In this document: one piece after another, positions 30,452 to 40,362 of the stretch
Position numbering within the stretch: position 1 is the first letter of the stretch
Layout: each line of letters starts with the position of its first letter
Source: Candidatus Krumholzibacteriota bacterium
Lineage (GTDB): Bacteria > Krumholzibacteriota > Krumholzibacteriia > Krumholzibacteriales > Krumholzibacteriaceae
Length of the DNA: 64,000 bases
Assembly (NCBI GenBank): GCA_016933255.1
Contig: JAFGBF010000015.1
Coordinates: 79,725 to 143,724, forward strand
Reading direction: 5' to 3'
Position numbers and translations under genes: made by a program
Notes under the pieces: model-generated
What the model saw: only the letters and a program-made list of their open reading frames with translations
Told to the model about the DNA's origin: nothing
Databases searched by the model: none

Positions 30452-31054
30452 TCAGCGGCTTTTTCGGGTTCTTGTCGATCCAAGCGATCCGAACGAGGAA
30501 CTTCTGCTTCTTCTCGTGCTTGAACTGAATCTTGATCCAAAACCTGGGCTGTTCCTCATCGAGCCGCGGCGTACGCTGGTGTTTATGTTGATATTTACAG
30601 GGTTTACGGTCTGGCGCCGATTTCCTCCCCGGACTATGCTCGAGGGCGAAGCCATCATCCCCGTGCCTCGAGAAGCTCCATTTCTCGTCCTGCTTGTCTG
30701 AGGCATAAAGGAGCCGGATATTCCTTTATGGGTATAGCCGGAAGCTTTGAGATCCGCACTCCATCCGGTCCTCTGCTGGCGCATATTTCTGTTTCCTGCC
30801 AGCGCTGCCGGCCTTCTGAACTCTTGAGATGACCTTTCGATCCCGGTCGACCAGCCGGCAGGCCCGGTTTTTCTTGAACTGATTACAGATGAACGGGTCA
30901 CAGCTTTCTGCCAGTCTCTGTCGACTGCATCGCTCTGGTTTTTAGCCCACTTTGAGAATTCACTGTTTTCCTTTGCGCAGGCATCGGTGCCGGCAAAGAA
31001 CAACGGATTTATTACAATAACCAGCAACACTGCGGTTGCGATCAAGTAACGCAT
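30452..31054 (-). CDS. Hypothetical exported protein, Ser/Arg/Gly-rich low complexity
   Basis: AGGAAG RBS, hydrophobic signal-like N-terminus, very basic disordered-looking body. Confidence 0.55.
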   Translation of the reverse strand: MRYLIATAVLLVIVINPLFFAGTDACAKENSEFSKWAKNQSDAVDRDWQKAVTRSSVISSRKTGPAGWSTGIERSSQEFRRPAALAGNRNMRQQRTGWSADLKASGYTHKGISGSFMPQTSRTRNGASRGTGMMASPSSIVRGGNRRQTVNPVNININTSVRRGSMRNSPGFGSRFSSSTRRSRSSSFGSLGSTRTRKSR

Positions 31055-31337
31055 GACAACTTCCTAACATCTATCTGATACGGATATACAAAGAATGCGG
31101 ATTTAGAAAACACCAACTGTACGCAGAGTCTTAGAAGAGGAGAGAATCTTCTAATTCGTTTACTACAGAAATTGTACCATACCTCGCCGGATATGTCAAC
31201 CTCACGAAGATATCGGCGAGATTGAATATTATCTTTTCCGACTTTTTTCGGTACCATGATCCGATACTGAATAAGGAGCGCGCGCTTTTCAGCGGTCATG
31301 CTAAAATCATAAAAAAATATATCCGGGACATCCCCCC

Positions 31338-31366
31338 TTGACTTTTATTATGACTCCGATTATGTT
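31338..31366 (+). promoter_or_regulatory. Putative sigma-70 promoter of second gdh
   Basis: TTGACT-N17-TATGTT upstream of AAAGGAG RBS. Confidence 0.5.
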
Positions 31367-31407
31367 GCCTGCGTCAGGTAGCTCTTAATCGGAAAGGAGA
31401 ATTAATA

Positions 31408-32694
31408 ATGACTGATAAGTCGTTTAATCCCTTTGAGATGGCTCAGACGCAGTTCGACAGCATCGCGGACAAGCTTGACCTGGATGAAGGAACGAGAGAA
31501 CTTCTGCGATATAACCAGAGAGAGTATCATGTGAGCATTCCGGTGCGCATGGATGATGGCACTGTTAAAGTATTCAGGGGTTTCAGAGTTCAGCATAATG
31601 ATTCAAGAGGCCCGGCAAAGGGAGGTATTCGTTTTCATCCGATGGAGACTATAAATACCGTGCGGGCCCTGGCTATGTGGATGACATGGAAGTGCGCTGT
31701 CGTGGATATTCCTTTAGGCGGGGCAAAGGGCGGAGTCATATGCGATCCGCATAACCTGAGTGCCCGGGAACAGGAAGGGATATGCAGGGGGTGGATCCGC
31801 CAGTTATCCAGGGATCTCGGTCCCCTGAACGATGTTCCGGCACCGGATGTCATGACAACCCCCCAGCATATGCTATGGATGCTGGACGAATTCGAGACTA
31901 TCAGGGGGTCCAAACTCCCCGGGTTTATTACGGGCAAGCCAGTGGGTATGGGCGGTTCGATGGGCAGGACCGAGGCTACCGGCTATGGCGTGATATTCAA
32001 CGTCCGTGAGGCTCTGAAGGAACTGAAGATCCCTCCAGCAGATACAACCGCGAGCATTCAGGGTTTTGGCAATGTCGCGCAATACGCCATTGAACTATAT
32101 AACCAGATATGGGGAAAGGTCGTTTGCGTATCCTGCTGGGACCAGAAGGATCAGATTTCCTATTCTTTCAAGAAACTTGACGGTATCGATCTCGTAGAAT
32201 TAAAAGGTATTACCGATCGTTTTGGGGGCATCGACAAGAAGAAAGCTGAAAAATCAGGCTATGAGATCCTCCCGGGAGATGCCTGGATAGAACAGGAAGT
32301 CGATATTCTCATCCCCGCTGCGCTTGAAAACCAGATTACCGGGGAAAATGTCGGGAGAATCAGCGATAAGGTAAAGATTATCGCCGAAGGGGCCAATGGC
32401 CCGACGACGCCGGATGCCGACAAGGAAATATCAAGCCGAAAGATTTTTATGATTCCCGATCTTCTGGCTAATGCCGGAGGCGTAACGTGCAGTTATTTTG
32501 AGCAGGTTCAGTGTAACATGAACTATTTCTGGGAGAAAGACGAAGTTCTTGGTAAGCTCGACACCAAGATAACAAACGCGTTCAACGCCGTAAACGGACT
32601 GGCCAAATCCAAAAAACTGTATATGCGTGACGCTGCTTATGTTATAGCTGTGGGCCGGGTAGTCGAAGCTTGCAGGGAACGTGGTTGGGTCTAA
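31408..32694 (+). CDS. gdh: Glu/Leu/Phe/Val dehydrogenase (second glutamate dehydrogenase)
   Basis: GFRVQHN..RGPAKGGIRFHP, GGAKGG, DVPAPD, ITGKP, GRTEATG, QGFGNV, EGANGP, ANAGGV..SYFE. Confidence 0.95.
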   Translation: MTDKSFNPFEMAQTQFDSIADKLDLDEGTRELLRYNQREYHVSIPVRMDDGTVKVFRGFRVQHNDSRGPAKGGIRFHPMETINTVRALAMWMTWKCAVVDIPLGGAKGGVICDPHNLSAREQEGICRGWIRQLSRDLGPLNDVPAPDVMTTPQHMLWMLDEFETIRGSKLPGFITGKPVGMGGSMGRTEATGYGVIFNVREALKELKIPPADTTASIQGFGNVAQYAIELYNQIWGKVVCVSCWDQKDQISYSFKKLDGIDLVELKGITDRFGGIDKKKAEKSGYEILPGDAWIEQEVDILIPAALENQITGENVGRISDKVKIIAEGANGPTTPDADKEISSRKIFMIPDLLANAGGVTCSYFEQVQCNMNYFWEKDEVLGKLDTKITNAFNAVNGLAKSKKLYMRDAAYVIAVGRVVEACRERGWV

Positions 32695-32926
32695 AACCGG
32701 ATCGGCCCCCGTTCAAGCCTGAGAAACGTATAAATCAAGGGCTCAAGTCGAGGTTCCTTTCGCTGCAGTGGAACATGCAATGTCAATGACGGCTTGACAG
32801 ATCCCGGCATATTGGATCAAGGTTCGCGAAAAGGGTGTTCGGGTTTTTATTTGCCGGCTCTCTTATTGTTATTCGAGGAAGACTGGTTTCGATATTCTTT
32901 GCGGTTCCAGCAAGAGGTAACCTCTG

Positions 32927-34693
32927 ATGGCTAGGAACAAATACAGCCCTCACCAAGGTTCGCTGGTGCCGTTCGACCGCGATTTTTTCTCCAGTGCCCA
33001 CAGATTTACATATATCGGAAAAGGGGAACTTGGGGGAAAGGCTCACGGACTGGCGGAAATCAAGGGTGTAATCGAATCGGGGATCATCGACAGGTTTTCT
33101 CCGGATATTTCCGTGACAATACCCACGTTAACAGTTATTACCACAGAATATTTCGATCTGTTCATGAAACAGAATGACCTCTACGATATAGCCTACTCCG
33201 GCCAAAGCGATGATCTGATAGCGCACGCTTTTCAGAATGCTCACATGCCTGTACAGATTGTGGGTGATTTGAGAGCTTTGGTACAACAGGTCCATACACC
33301 TCTGGCCGTACGTTCTTCGAGCATGCTCGAGGACGCCATGTTTGAACCGTTTGCCAGTGTCTACGGAACTAAAATGATACCTAACAACCAGCCTGACGTT
33401 GATTCGCGGTTCAGAAAACTGGTCGAAGCCGTCAAATATGTGTATGCGTCGACCTTTTTCAAGGCGGCTGGAAATTATATGAAGGCAACGCATCACTCCA
33501 CCCTGGACGAAAAGATGGCGGTTATTATACAGGAAGTAGTCGGTTCAAGGTGGGGGGAGCGATTCTATCCCCAGGTATCAGGCGTAGTACGCTCATACAA
33601 TTTTTATCCGTTCGGAAACGCTTCGCCGGAAGATGGAGTCGTGGATCTTGCCCTGGGTCTTGGGAGGATGATTGTCGACGAAGGAGTTGCGTGGTCGTAT
33701 TCTCCCTCCTTTCCAAAAGCCTGCCCGCCGTTTAATTCCGTAAGCGATATGCTGAAAAACACCCAGACGCGGTTCTGGGCGGTCAATATGCAGGCTCCCG
33801 AGGCTTACAACCCGATTGACGAAATAGAATATATGGAAAAATTCGATCTGGCGGCGGCAGAGTACGACGGCTCGCTCGCCTTCATAGCTTCGACGTTCGA
33901 TTCACAGGACGGCAGAATCTCCGCCGGCATCGGTGTCAAGGGGCCGAGGGTCATCGATTTCGCGCCGATTCTCAAATCCAGGATGATACCGCTGAATGAA
34001 CTTCTGGAAACACTTCTCAAGACGAGCGAAGACCGTTTGGGTACGAGGGTCGAGATCGAGTTCGCCGTGCGTTTGGACAGAAAGGAATGTTCTCCGGCCG
34101 AGTTCGGGTTCCTTCAGATAAGACCGATGGTCGTGGCAGAAGCGGAAGTCGATCTGAGCCACGATGATTTAAGAGCAGATAACGTTCTGGCCGCGTCGGA
34201 GACTGTTCTTGGCAACGGCGTTCTCGATACGGTCAAGGATATTGTATTTGTCGATCCGGAACGGTTCGATGTGAGTAGATCGAGGGAAATTGCAGAGGAA
34301 TTGGAGAAATTCAACGAGACGCTTGTAGGCTCAAACAGGCCTTATCTTCTGATAGGATTCGGCAGGTGGGGGACTTCGGATCCATCTTGCGGAATACCCG
34401 TGGCATTTGATCAGATATCCGGAGCGAAGGTGATAATCGAATCTTCTCTCCCGAACCTGACTTTCCAGCTCAGTCAGGGGTCTCATTTTTTCCACAACGT
34501 TACGAGCTTCAAGATTTTTTACTTCTCTCTGCATCACAGGGGCGAGTACGACGTCAACTGGGAATGGTTAAAAAAACAAAAAGTGGTAAGTGCGACTGAG
34601 CACCTGAAGCATGTCGAGCTTGCTTCTGCCCTCACGGCCAAGGTCGACGGCAGGAACGGCAGGGGAGTCATATATTATGAAAAAGAAGAATAA
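32927..34693 (+). CDS. PPDK_N (dikinase-type ATP-grasp) domain protein without PEP-utilising barrel
   Basis: LGGKA.GL, PLAVRSSS.LED, MAVIIQEVVG, EIEFA, LQIRP; short C-domain GFGRWG...SQGSHFF. Confidence 0.85.
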   Translation: MARNKYSPHQGSLVPFDRDFFSSAHRFTYIGKGELGGKAHGLAEIKGVIESGIIDRFSPDISVTIPTLTVITTEYFDLFMKQNDLYDIAYSGQSDDLIAHAFQNAHMPVQIVGDLRALVQQVHTPLAVRSSSMLEDAMFEPFASVYGTKMIPNNQPDVDSRFRKLVEAVKYVYASTFFKAAGNYMKATHHSTLDEKMAVIIQEVVGSRWGERFYPQVSGVVRSYNFYPFGNASPEDGVVDLALGLGRMIVDEGVAWSYSPSFPKACPPFNSVSDMLKNTQTRFWAVNMQAPEAYNPIDEIEYMEKFDLAAAEYDGSLAFIASTFDSQDGRISAGIGVKGPRVIDFAPILKSRMIPLNELLETLLKTSEDRLGTRVEIEFAVRLDRKECSPAEFGFLQIRPMVVAEAEVDLSHDDLRADNVLAASETVLGNGVLDTVKDIVFVDPERFDVSRSREIAEELEKFNETLVGSNRPYLLIGFGRWGTSDPSCGIPVAFDQISGAKVIIESSLPNLTFQLSQGSHFFHNVTSFKIFYFSLHHRGEYDVNWEWLKKQKVVSATEHLKHVELASALTAKVDGRNGRGVIYYEKEE

Positions 34694-37600
34694 TATTACT
34701 GACGATCTTATCAAGTCTTTTCTCGAGAGGGAGAAGGAACTCAAATGCCTATATCAGATCGAGGAGATCCTCAAGAAGTCAAACAGTGATCAGGATCAGA
34801 TTTACAGCAGGATTCTCGAGGCAATTCCGCTTGGGTTCCAGTATCCCGAAGTCTGCAGTGTCAGGATAACGATCGGAACCGAGATAATCGAACCGAAGGG
34901 TCTCACCGAGACCAGATGGGTTTTGAAAACCGACATTCCGGTGCAGGAAAAGAAGGCCGGTGAAATCAGCGTCTATTATTCAAAGGAAATGCCGAGGGAA
35001 GACGAAGGCCCTTTTCTCAAACACGAAAAAAGGTTGCTGGAAGCAATTGCCGACCGGCTCGGCAGTTCTATCCTGCACAAACGGCTGAGAGACGCCGAAG
35101 CGGTGGAACTCGGCCAGGAGCCCGAGGAAGAATCACATGAATGGCAAGTAGTGTTAAACCTCCTGAGGCATACGGACAAGAATCTTTTTATAAGTCTTTC
35201 CGAAAGAATGTTGAATCATCTCAGCTGGACTGGAATATCGGAGATAGAGAATATCGAACTGGACTTCAGTAAGGTACAATTGGATGCAGATGAAGGTCTG
35301 AACAGGGAAAGCAACAGACCCGACAAGAGGCGAAAGGTCGAACTGTCAGAGACCGTGTGCGAACAGATATTTAAAGTCGCCGCAAAACACTACACCGACC
35401 AGACCATACTGGATTATCTGCAGAGATGGATTGCGGACGACAAGCTGAAATTCCTGGCTCATATTTCTAACCGCAATTTTAACTTGTCGGAGATCATCGA
35501 CGCTATAAGGCGCTATCGGGATATCGCCCGCGAGGGCATCGAGCTTTCTCCCGTCGCGAGGGAAGGTGTTTTAGTCTCGCTGATAAGAAGATTCTTTTCC
35601 AGTCAGCTGAACTACATCAGGTTGGCCAAAAATTATGTTAGAAATAATGATTTTTTTGATGTCGTTGACAGGATAATTTTTACCAAGGACAGCCACGGAA
35701 GGTTGGGAGGCAAAAGTGCGGGCCTTTTCCTGGCAGAAGCGATAATAAAAAAATCCGAAGACTCCAGCGATCTTTTGAGGTCGGTTAAATTTCCCAGAAG
35801 CTGGCATATCACCTCGGATGTTATTCTGGGATTCCTTAAATACAATAATATGGATGAGGTGGTGGAACAGAAATACAAAGAGATAAACCAGATCCGCCAG
35901 GAATATCCCTATGTCATCCAAACCTTTAAAAATGGCCATTTCCCTCCGGAAGTCGTGCAGGGGCTTTCGATGGTTCTCGATGAATTCGACGAAAGGCCAT
36001 TGATAGTAAGAAGTTCGAGTCTTCTCGAAGACAGCCTGGGCGCCGCGTTTTCAGGCAAATACAAGAGCCTTTTTCTGGCAAATCAAGGGAGCAAACAGCA
36101 TAGGCTCGAAGCGCTTATCGACGCGATTGCGGAGGTCTATTCATCTATCTTCGGTCCTGATCCGATAGAGTACAGGGCGGAACGGAACCTCCTCGATTTC
36201 GCCGAGGAGATGGGTATCATTATTCAGGAGGTCGTGGGTAAAAAGATCGGAGATTATTTCTTACCGGCTTTTGCGGGTGTTGCCTTCAGCAGGAACGATT
36301 TCAGATGGTCTCCCAGAATAAAGAGGGAAGACGGCCTCATGCGTCTCGTTCCCGGACTAGGGACACGTGCAGTGGACAGGATAAGCGAGGATTATCCTGT
36401 CCTTATCGCCCCCGGGCAGCCGGGGTTGAGGGTAAATGTGACAGCCGAAGAAATCGTATACTATTCTCCCAAGAAAATAGATGTAATAAATTTGAAAACA
36501 AACTCCTTTGAGACGATCGATATTAAGGATCTGCTGAAGAAGCATGGGCCTGAGCTGCCGCTCGTAAATAAGATAATATCCAAATTTGAAGACGATCATT
36601 TAAAAAAGCCTCTTGCAATGAGCGTTGATTTCGAGAAGGATGACCTCGCGGTCACTTTCGATGGGATAATCAATGATTCAGACCTGATCAAGCAGGTCAA
36701 CGGACTTCTGAAACTGCTTGAAAACAAACTGGAGTCATCGGTTGACATAGAGTTCGCCCATGACGGGGAAGATTTTTATCTTCTTCAGTGCAGGCCGCAG
36801 AGTTTCAACGAAGACTCCGCTCCAGCGGCCATTCCCAAGAATATCCCTGATGAGAAGGTCGTATTTTCGGCTCACAAGTATATCTCTAACGGCCGCGTTC
36901 CCGACCTTACTCACATCGTTTATGTAGATCCCCAGAAGTACTCGGAACTGGGCAGCAAGGAGGATCTCATAGCTGTCGGCAAGGCTGTTGGGGAACTGAA
37001 CAAACTTTTACCAAAACGGCAGTTTATCCTTATGGGGCCGGGGCGATGGGGAAGCCGGGGAGATATCAAACTCGGTGTCAGTGTTTCCTATTCAGATATT
37101 AATAACACCGCGGTACTGGTGGAAATCGCGAAGAAAAAAGGGAACTATATGCCTGATCTTTCATTCGGCACACATTTTTTCCAGGATCTTGTCGAAGGTC
37201 AGATCCGATATCTTCCGCTTTATCCAGACAACGTTAAGAACACGTTTAATGAAAGGTTCCTGTTGGGTTCGAAAAGTATACTTGCGGATATTCTGCCTAA
37301 ATATTCCTCACTCTCGGATGTGATAAGGCTGATTGACGTTCCGAAGGTCACCGGTGGGCTCGTTTTCAGGGTTCTGATGAACGCTGATTTAGGTGAAGCA
37401 CTGGGTATTCTGGATGAAGCTGGAAAAGAAACAGACGTCGATGACGTAGAGATCGTAGATATTGAAATTCCGTCAAAAAAGTACTGGTTATGGAGATTGC
37501 GCATGGCTGAGCAGATCGCATCTGAACTCGATCCGGATCGTTTCGGAGTTGCGGGTTTCTATGTTTTCGGAAGCACGAAAAATGCCACGGCGGGATTGAA

Positions 37601-37856
37601 GAGCGATATCGATATAATGCTGCATTTTCAGGGCACAAAGCAGCAGCGAAAGGATCTTATGACATGGCTGGAAGGATGGAGCCTCTGCCTGGATGAAATC
37701 AATTACTTAAGGACCGGCTACAGGATCGGCGGTTTGCTCGATGTCCATATTATTACAGATGATGATATCAGGGACAGAACGAGTTATGCTGTAAAGATCG
37801 GGGCAGTTACTGACGCCGCCAGGGAAATCCCGATGAAGGGGAAAGAACGGGCCTAG
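34677..37856 (+). CDS. Multidomain protein: sensor-like N-domain, PPDK_N ATP-grasp, His-like domain, C-terminal nucleotidyltransferase
   Basis: EREKELKCLY N-module; LGGKSAGL, PLIVRSSSLLED..FSGKY, DIEFA, LLQCRP, GPGRWGS, SFGTHFF; C-terminal YVFGSTKNATAGLKSDIDI (GS-x-DxD) and LDVH; start ATG 34677. Confidence 0.85.
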   Translation: MKKKNNITDDLIKSFLEREKELKCLYQIEEILKKSNSDQDQIYSRILEAIPLGFQYPEVCSVRITIGTEIIEPKGLTETRWVLKTDIPVQEKKAGEISVYYSKEMPREDEGPFLKHEKRLLEAIADRLGSSILHKRLRDAEAVELGQEPEEESHEWQVVLNLLRHTDKNLFISLSERMLNHLSWTGISEIENIELDFSKVQLDADEGLNRESNRPDKRRKVELSETVCEQIFKVAAKHYTDQTILDYLQRWIADDKLKFLAHISNRNFNLSEIIDAIRRYRDIAREGIELSPVAREGVLVSLIRRFFSSQLNYIRLAKNYVRNNDFFDVVDRIIFTKDSHGRLGGKSAGLFLAEAIIKKSEDSSDLLRSVKFPRSWHITSDVILGFLKYNNMDEVVEQKYKEINQIRQEYPYVIQTFKNGHFPPEVVQGLSMVLDEFDERPLIVRSSSLLEDSLGAAFSGKYKSLFLANQGSKQHRLEALIDAIAEVYSSIFGPDPIEYRAERNLLDFAEEMGIIIQEVVGKKIGDYFLPAFAGVAFSRNDFRWSPRIKREDGLMRLVPGLGTRAVDRISEDYPVLIAPGQPGLRVNVTAEEIVYYSPKKIDVINLKTNSFETIDIKDLLKKHGPELPLVNKIISKFEDDHLKKPLAMSVDFEKDDLAVTFDGIINDSDLIKQVNGLLKLLENKLESSVDIEFAHDGEDFYLLQCRPQSFNEDSAPAAIPKNIPDEKVVFSAHKYISNGRVPDLTHIVYVDPQKYSELGSKEDLIAVGKAVGELNKLLPKRQFILMGPGRWGSRGDIKLGVSVSYSDINNTAVLVEIAKKKGNYMPDLSFGTHFFQDLVEGQIRYLPLYPDNVKNTFNERFLLGSKSILADILPKYSSLSDVIRLIDVPKVTGGLVFRVLMNADLGEALGILDEAGKETDVDDVEIVDIEIPSKKYWLWRLRMAEQIASELDPDRFGVAGFYVFGSTKNATAGLKSDIDIMLHFQGTKQQRKDLMTWLEGWSLCLDEINYLRTGYRIGGLLDVHIITDDDIRDRTSYAVKIGAVTDAAREIPMKGKERA

Positions 37857-38719
37857 ATAAGTTCACGGCTTACTTCGTCAATCTTTTTCAGGTCGAATCT
37901 TACTAGGGCGAGTTCCGGCCCGTCATGCGCGGCCGATATTGCAAGCGTCCTTCCTATATGGCATTTCCAGGAACCCGTGATTCGGGCTGATTCATGAATG
38001 TGGCCGTGCATCGTCAGCAATGGCTGTTTTTCCTCGATGAACCTGCCTATGGCTATGCTTCCGACATGAACATCCAAAGGGGCATGATCGACCTTCATGC
38101 CGTCCAGCGCGGCTCGGTCGAGACTTGTCCCGTAGGGAGGAGCATGGAAGAGAAAAATGGCGTTTTCCAGGGCAAGGCCTTCCGTCAGTTTTTCAAGATC
38201 GGCTCTGATCGTACCGTATCTCAACTCGTCGATATCCGCTGGTGTCGACCGGTTCCCTTCCTCCGGTGAAATGCAACCCGGATCTACATACCGGGAGATA
38301 TCATACTTTTCCCAGTCTTTAAGATGAAAAGGTGTCGGAGGTATATAGGAGTATCCAAAAACACGCCGTCCGAGGTGTTCGATGTTTGTTCCGTGAATAT
38401 AGCTCAAAAGGCCTTCTTTCGAGGCCTCGATCATCGATTGCTCATCATAACGCCCGTCGTCGTTTCCCAGGATTGCGAATATCCTCGGGTACGATTTGCC
38501 GAGGTTGTCACGGAGGATCTCCAGCTTCTTGAAAAGGTATCCGTTCAGAAATCCTTCGTGTCCAAAATCCGAGCTTAGCGCATGAGGCAGGATATCTCCG
38601 CCGATAAATATCGTCCCGGGCTTTTCTCTCTCCAGCGCGGAGAATAATCTGGTGAATCTTTCCCTCTTTCCGTGAAGGTCGGAAATAAAAAAACATTTCG
38701 TGTTCTGTCTCAGACTCAT
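37853..38719 (-). CDS. Calcineurin-like metallophosphoesterase (Icc-related)
   Basis: SDLHG, GGD, GNDD, FHAPP, HGHIHE. Confidence 0.88.
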   Translation of the reverse strand: MSLRQNTKCFFISDLHGKRERFTRLFSALEREKPGTIFIGGDILPHALSSDFGHEGFLNGYLFKKLEILRDNLGKSYPRIFAILGNDDGRYDEQSMIEASKEGLLSYIHGTNIEHLGRRVFGYSYIPPTPFHLKDWEKYDISRYVDPGCISPEEGNRSTPADIDELRYGTIRADLEKLTEGLALENAIFLFHAPPYGTSLDRAALDGMKVDHAPLDVHVGSIAIGRFIEEKQPLLTMHGHIHESARITGSWKCHIGRTLAISAAHDGPELALVRFDLKKIDEVSRELI

Positions 38720-38861
38720 CTTGAAATTATCCTCGCTGTTCCGGCCGGTAAATCGATGCGCTATAGCAGAGCCGAATCATTAGTGGCAAAAGAATCGTGA
38801 CTATTTCCCTTCTGAAAATGAATAAGTTCGGAAGATGGAAAGGGTCCGAGGGAAATATTTT

Positions 38862-40190
38862 TCAGCATTTATCCAGATATCTGTCTATCTCCCAATCAGT
38901 GACGGCTGACTTGAATTCCTGTGACTCCAGTTCCTTGGTGTTGGCGTATTTAGTCGTAAGATCTTCGCCGAGAAGATCTCTCATCAGATCGCTTTTTCTA
39001 AAAAGGAGAACAGCTTCCTCGAGGGTCTGCGGCAGAATATCTATACCCATTGCTTTCAGTTCGCTGTCAGTCTTCTCATAAACGCTGTCTTCCATCTCGG
39101 GGGCCAGTTCCATCCTGTTCTTTATTCCATCAAGGCCGGCTTTAAGGATCGCAGCGAAAAGAAGGTATGGTGAGGCACTCGGATCGGGACACCTCAGTTC
39201 CGCCCTGATCGAGGATTCCCTTTCCTTCGCGAAATGGGGGATACGGACAAGGGAAGACCTGTTTTTACTTCCCCAGCAGATATAGACCGGTGCTTCATAC
39301 CCCGAAACAAGGCGCTTGTACGAGTTTACTGTAGGGTTGGTCAGAGCGCACATCCCTTTTATGTTGGCGAGGAGCCCGGCTATAAAATTCTTGGCCAGGG
39401 GAGAGAGCCTGTTGGGGTCTTCGGCGTCATAGAAGGCAGGGGTGCCGTCTGTTCCGAAAAGGGAACAGTGCACATGCATTCCGTTGCCGGCCTTGCCGTA
39501 GATAGGTTTGGGCATGAATGAAGCTATCAGTCCCCTTTTGTGAGCTATCGATTTTATGATCTTTTTCAGAATGACCACATTATCTGCCGTACTCAAAGCG
39601 TCGCCGTATCTGAACCCTACTTCGTGCTGCCCGACTCCGACCTCGTGATGGGCCCTTTCTGAATCGATCCCGAATACCTTCAAAGCCTGCATGATCTCTT
39701 TTCGGATATCGCTGCCGATATCCTTGGCCGAGGAGTCGAAATATGATCCCGTATCGAATTCCGGAGTGGTGAAACCACCGTTTTCTGTCTTCTTGAAGAG
39801 GTAGAATTCTACCTCCGGGCCGACGTTGAACAGATATCCCATATCGCGGGCTTCGGCGATGATCTTTTTAAGAACGGCTCTGGGGTCTCCGCTGAAGAGG
39901 TTTCCGTCTGGAGTATATACCTCGCACATGAATCTTGCGGTTTTTCTGCTGTCATCGTCTCCTGGAAGAACTGCGTATGTATCCAGCTCCGGCTTGAGGT
40001 ACATATCACTTTCTTTGGTCCTTGCAAATCCTCTTATCGAAGAACCGTCGAACCAGATCCCCTTGTCAGCGGCTACAGCAAGGTTCTCGATCGGGATCTC
40101 GATCGATTTCAGTACTCCGAATATGTCGGTAAATTCCAGCTCTACAAAGACGACTCCGTCTGACATCGCCTTTTTTATCGTATCGTTCAC
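38862..40190 (-). CDS. glnA: Glutamine synthetase type I
   Basis: FDGSSI.GF....SDM, HHEV..GQHE, FMPKP..G.AGNGMHVH, NSYKRLV.GYEAP, NRS..VRIP, ELRCPD. Confidence 0.96.
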   Translation of the reverse strand: MNDTIKKAMSDGVVFVELEFTDIFGVLKSIEIPIENLAVAADKGIWFDGSSIRGFARTKESDMYLKPELDTYAVLPGDDDSRKTARFMCEVYTPDGNLFSGDPRAVLKKIIAEARDMGYLFNVGPEVEFYLFKKTENGGFTTPEFDTGSYFDSSAKDIGSDIRKEIMQALKVFGIDSERAHHEVGVGQHEVGFRYGDALSTADNVVILKKIIKSIAHKRGLIASFMPKPIYGKAGNGMHVHCSLFGTDGTPAFYDAEDPNRLSPLAKNFIAGLLANIKGMCALTNPTVNSYKRLVSGYEAPVYICWGSKNRSSLVRIPHFAKERESSIRAELRCPDPSASPYLLFAAILKAGLDGIKNRMELAPEMEDSVYEKTDSELKAMGIDILPQTLEEAVLLFRKSDLMRDLLGEDLTTKYANTKELESQEFKSAVTDWEIDRYLDKC

Positions 40191-40316
40191 CAGGCTACCT
40201 CCAGAATCCAGTCGGCCTCTCGGGGCGGGTCATATCTGTTTGAAATATCTTTTCCAAGGCTTGATCTTGAAAGTCTTACTCTATGGAGTTTTTTTTCTTA
40301 TGTCTATGAAAATTTT

Positions 40317-40350
40317 CGGGGGCCGCAGGCTGATAAGACTGCAGCCCCCG
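40317..40350 (-). terminator. Hairpin, possible terminator after DUF3078 gene
   Basis: CGGGGGCCGCAG-N10-CTGCAGCCCCCG stem with one mismatch. Confidence 0.5.
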
Positions 40351-40362
40351 TCTCAAGAAAAT

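Noticed and set aside
32927..37856. Annotation as phosphoenolpyruvate synthase (ppsA) or PPDK
   Set aside because: Only the ATP-grasp motifs are present; no C-terminal PEP-utilising barrel motifs
39063..39095. GS Tyr in DSVYEK as evidence of adenylylation control
   Set aside because: This Tyr is also retained in non-adenylylated type I-alpha enzymes, so it is not diagnostic
40191..40300. Glutamine riboswitch or sigma-54 promoter upstream of glnA
   Set aside because: No glnA-motif consensus; the best box TGGAAAAGATATTTC lacks the -12 GC
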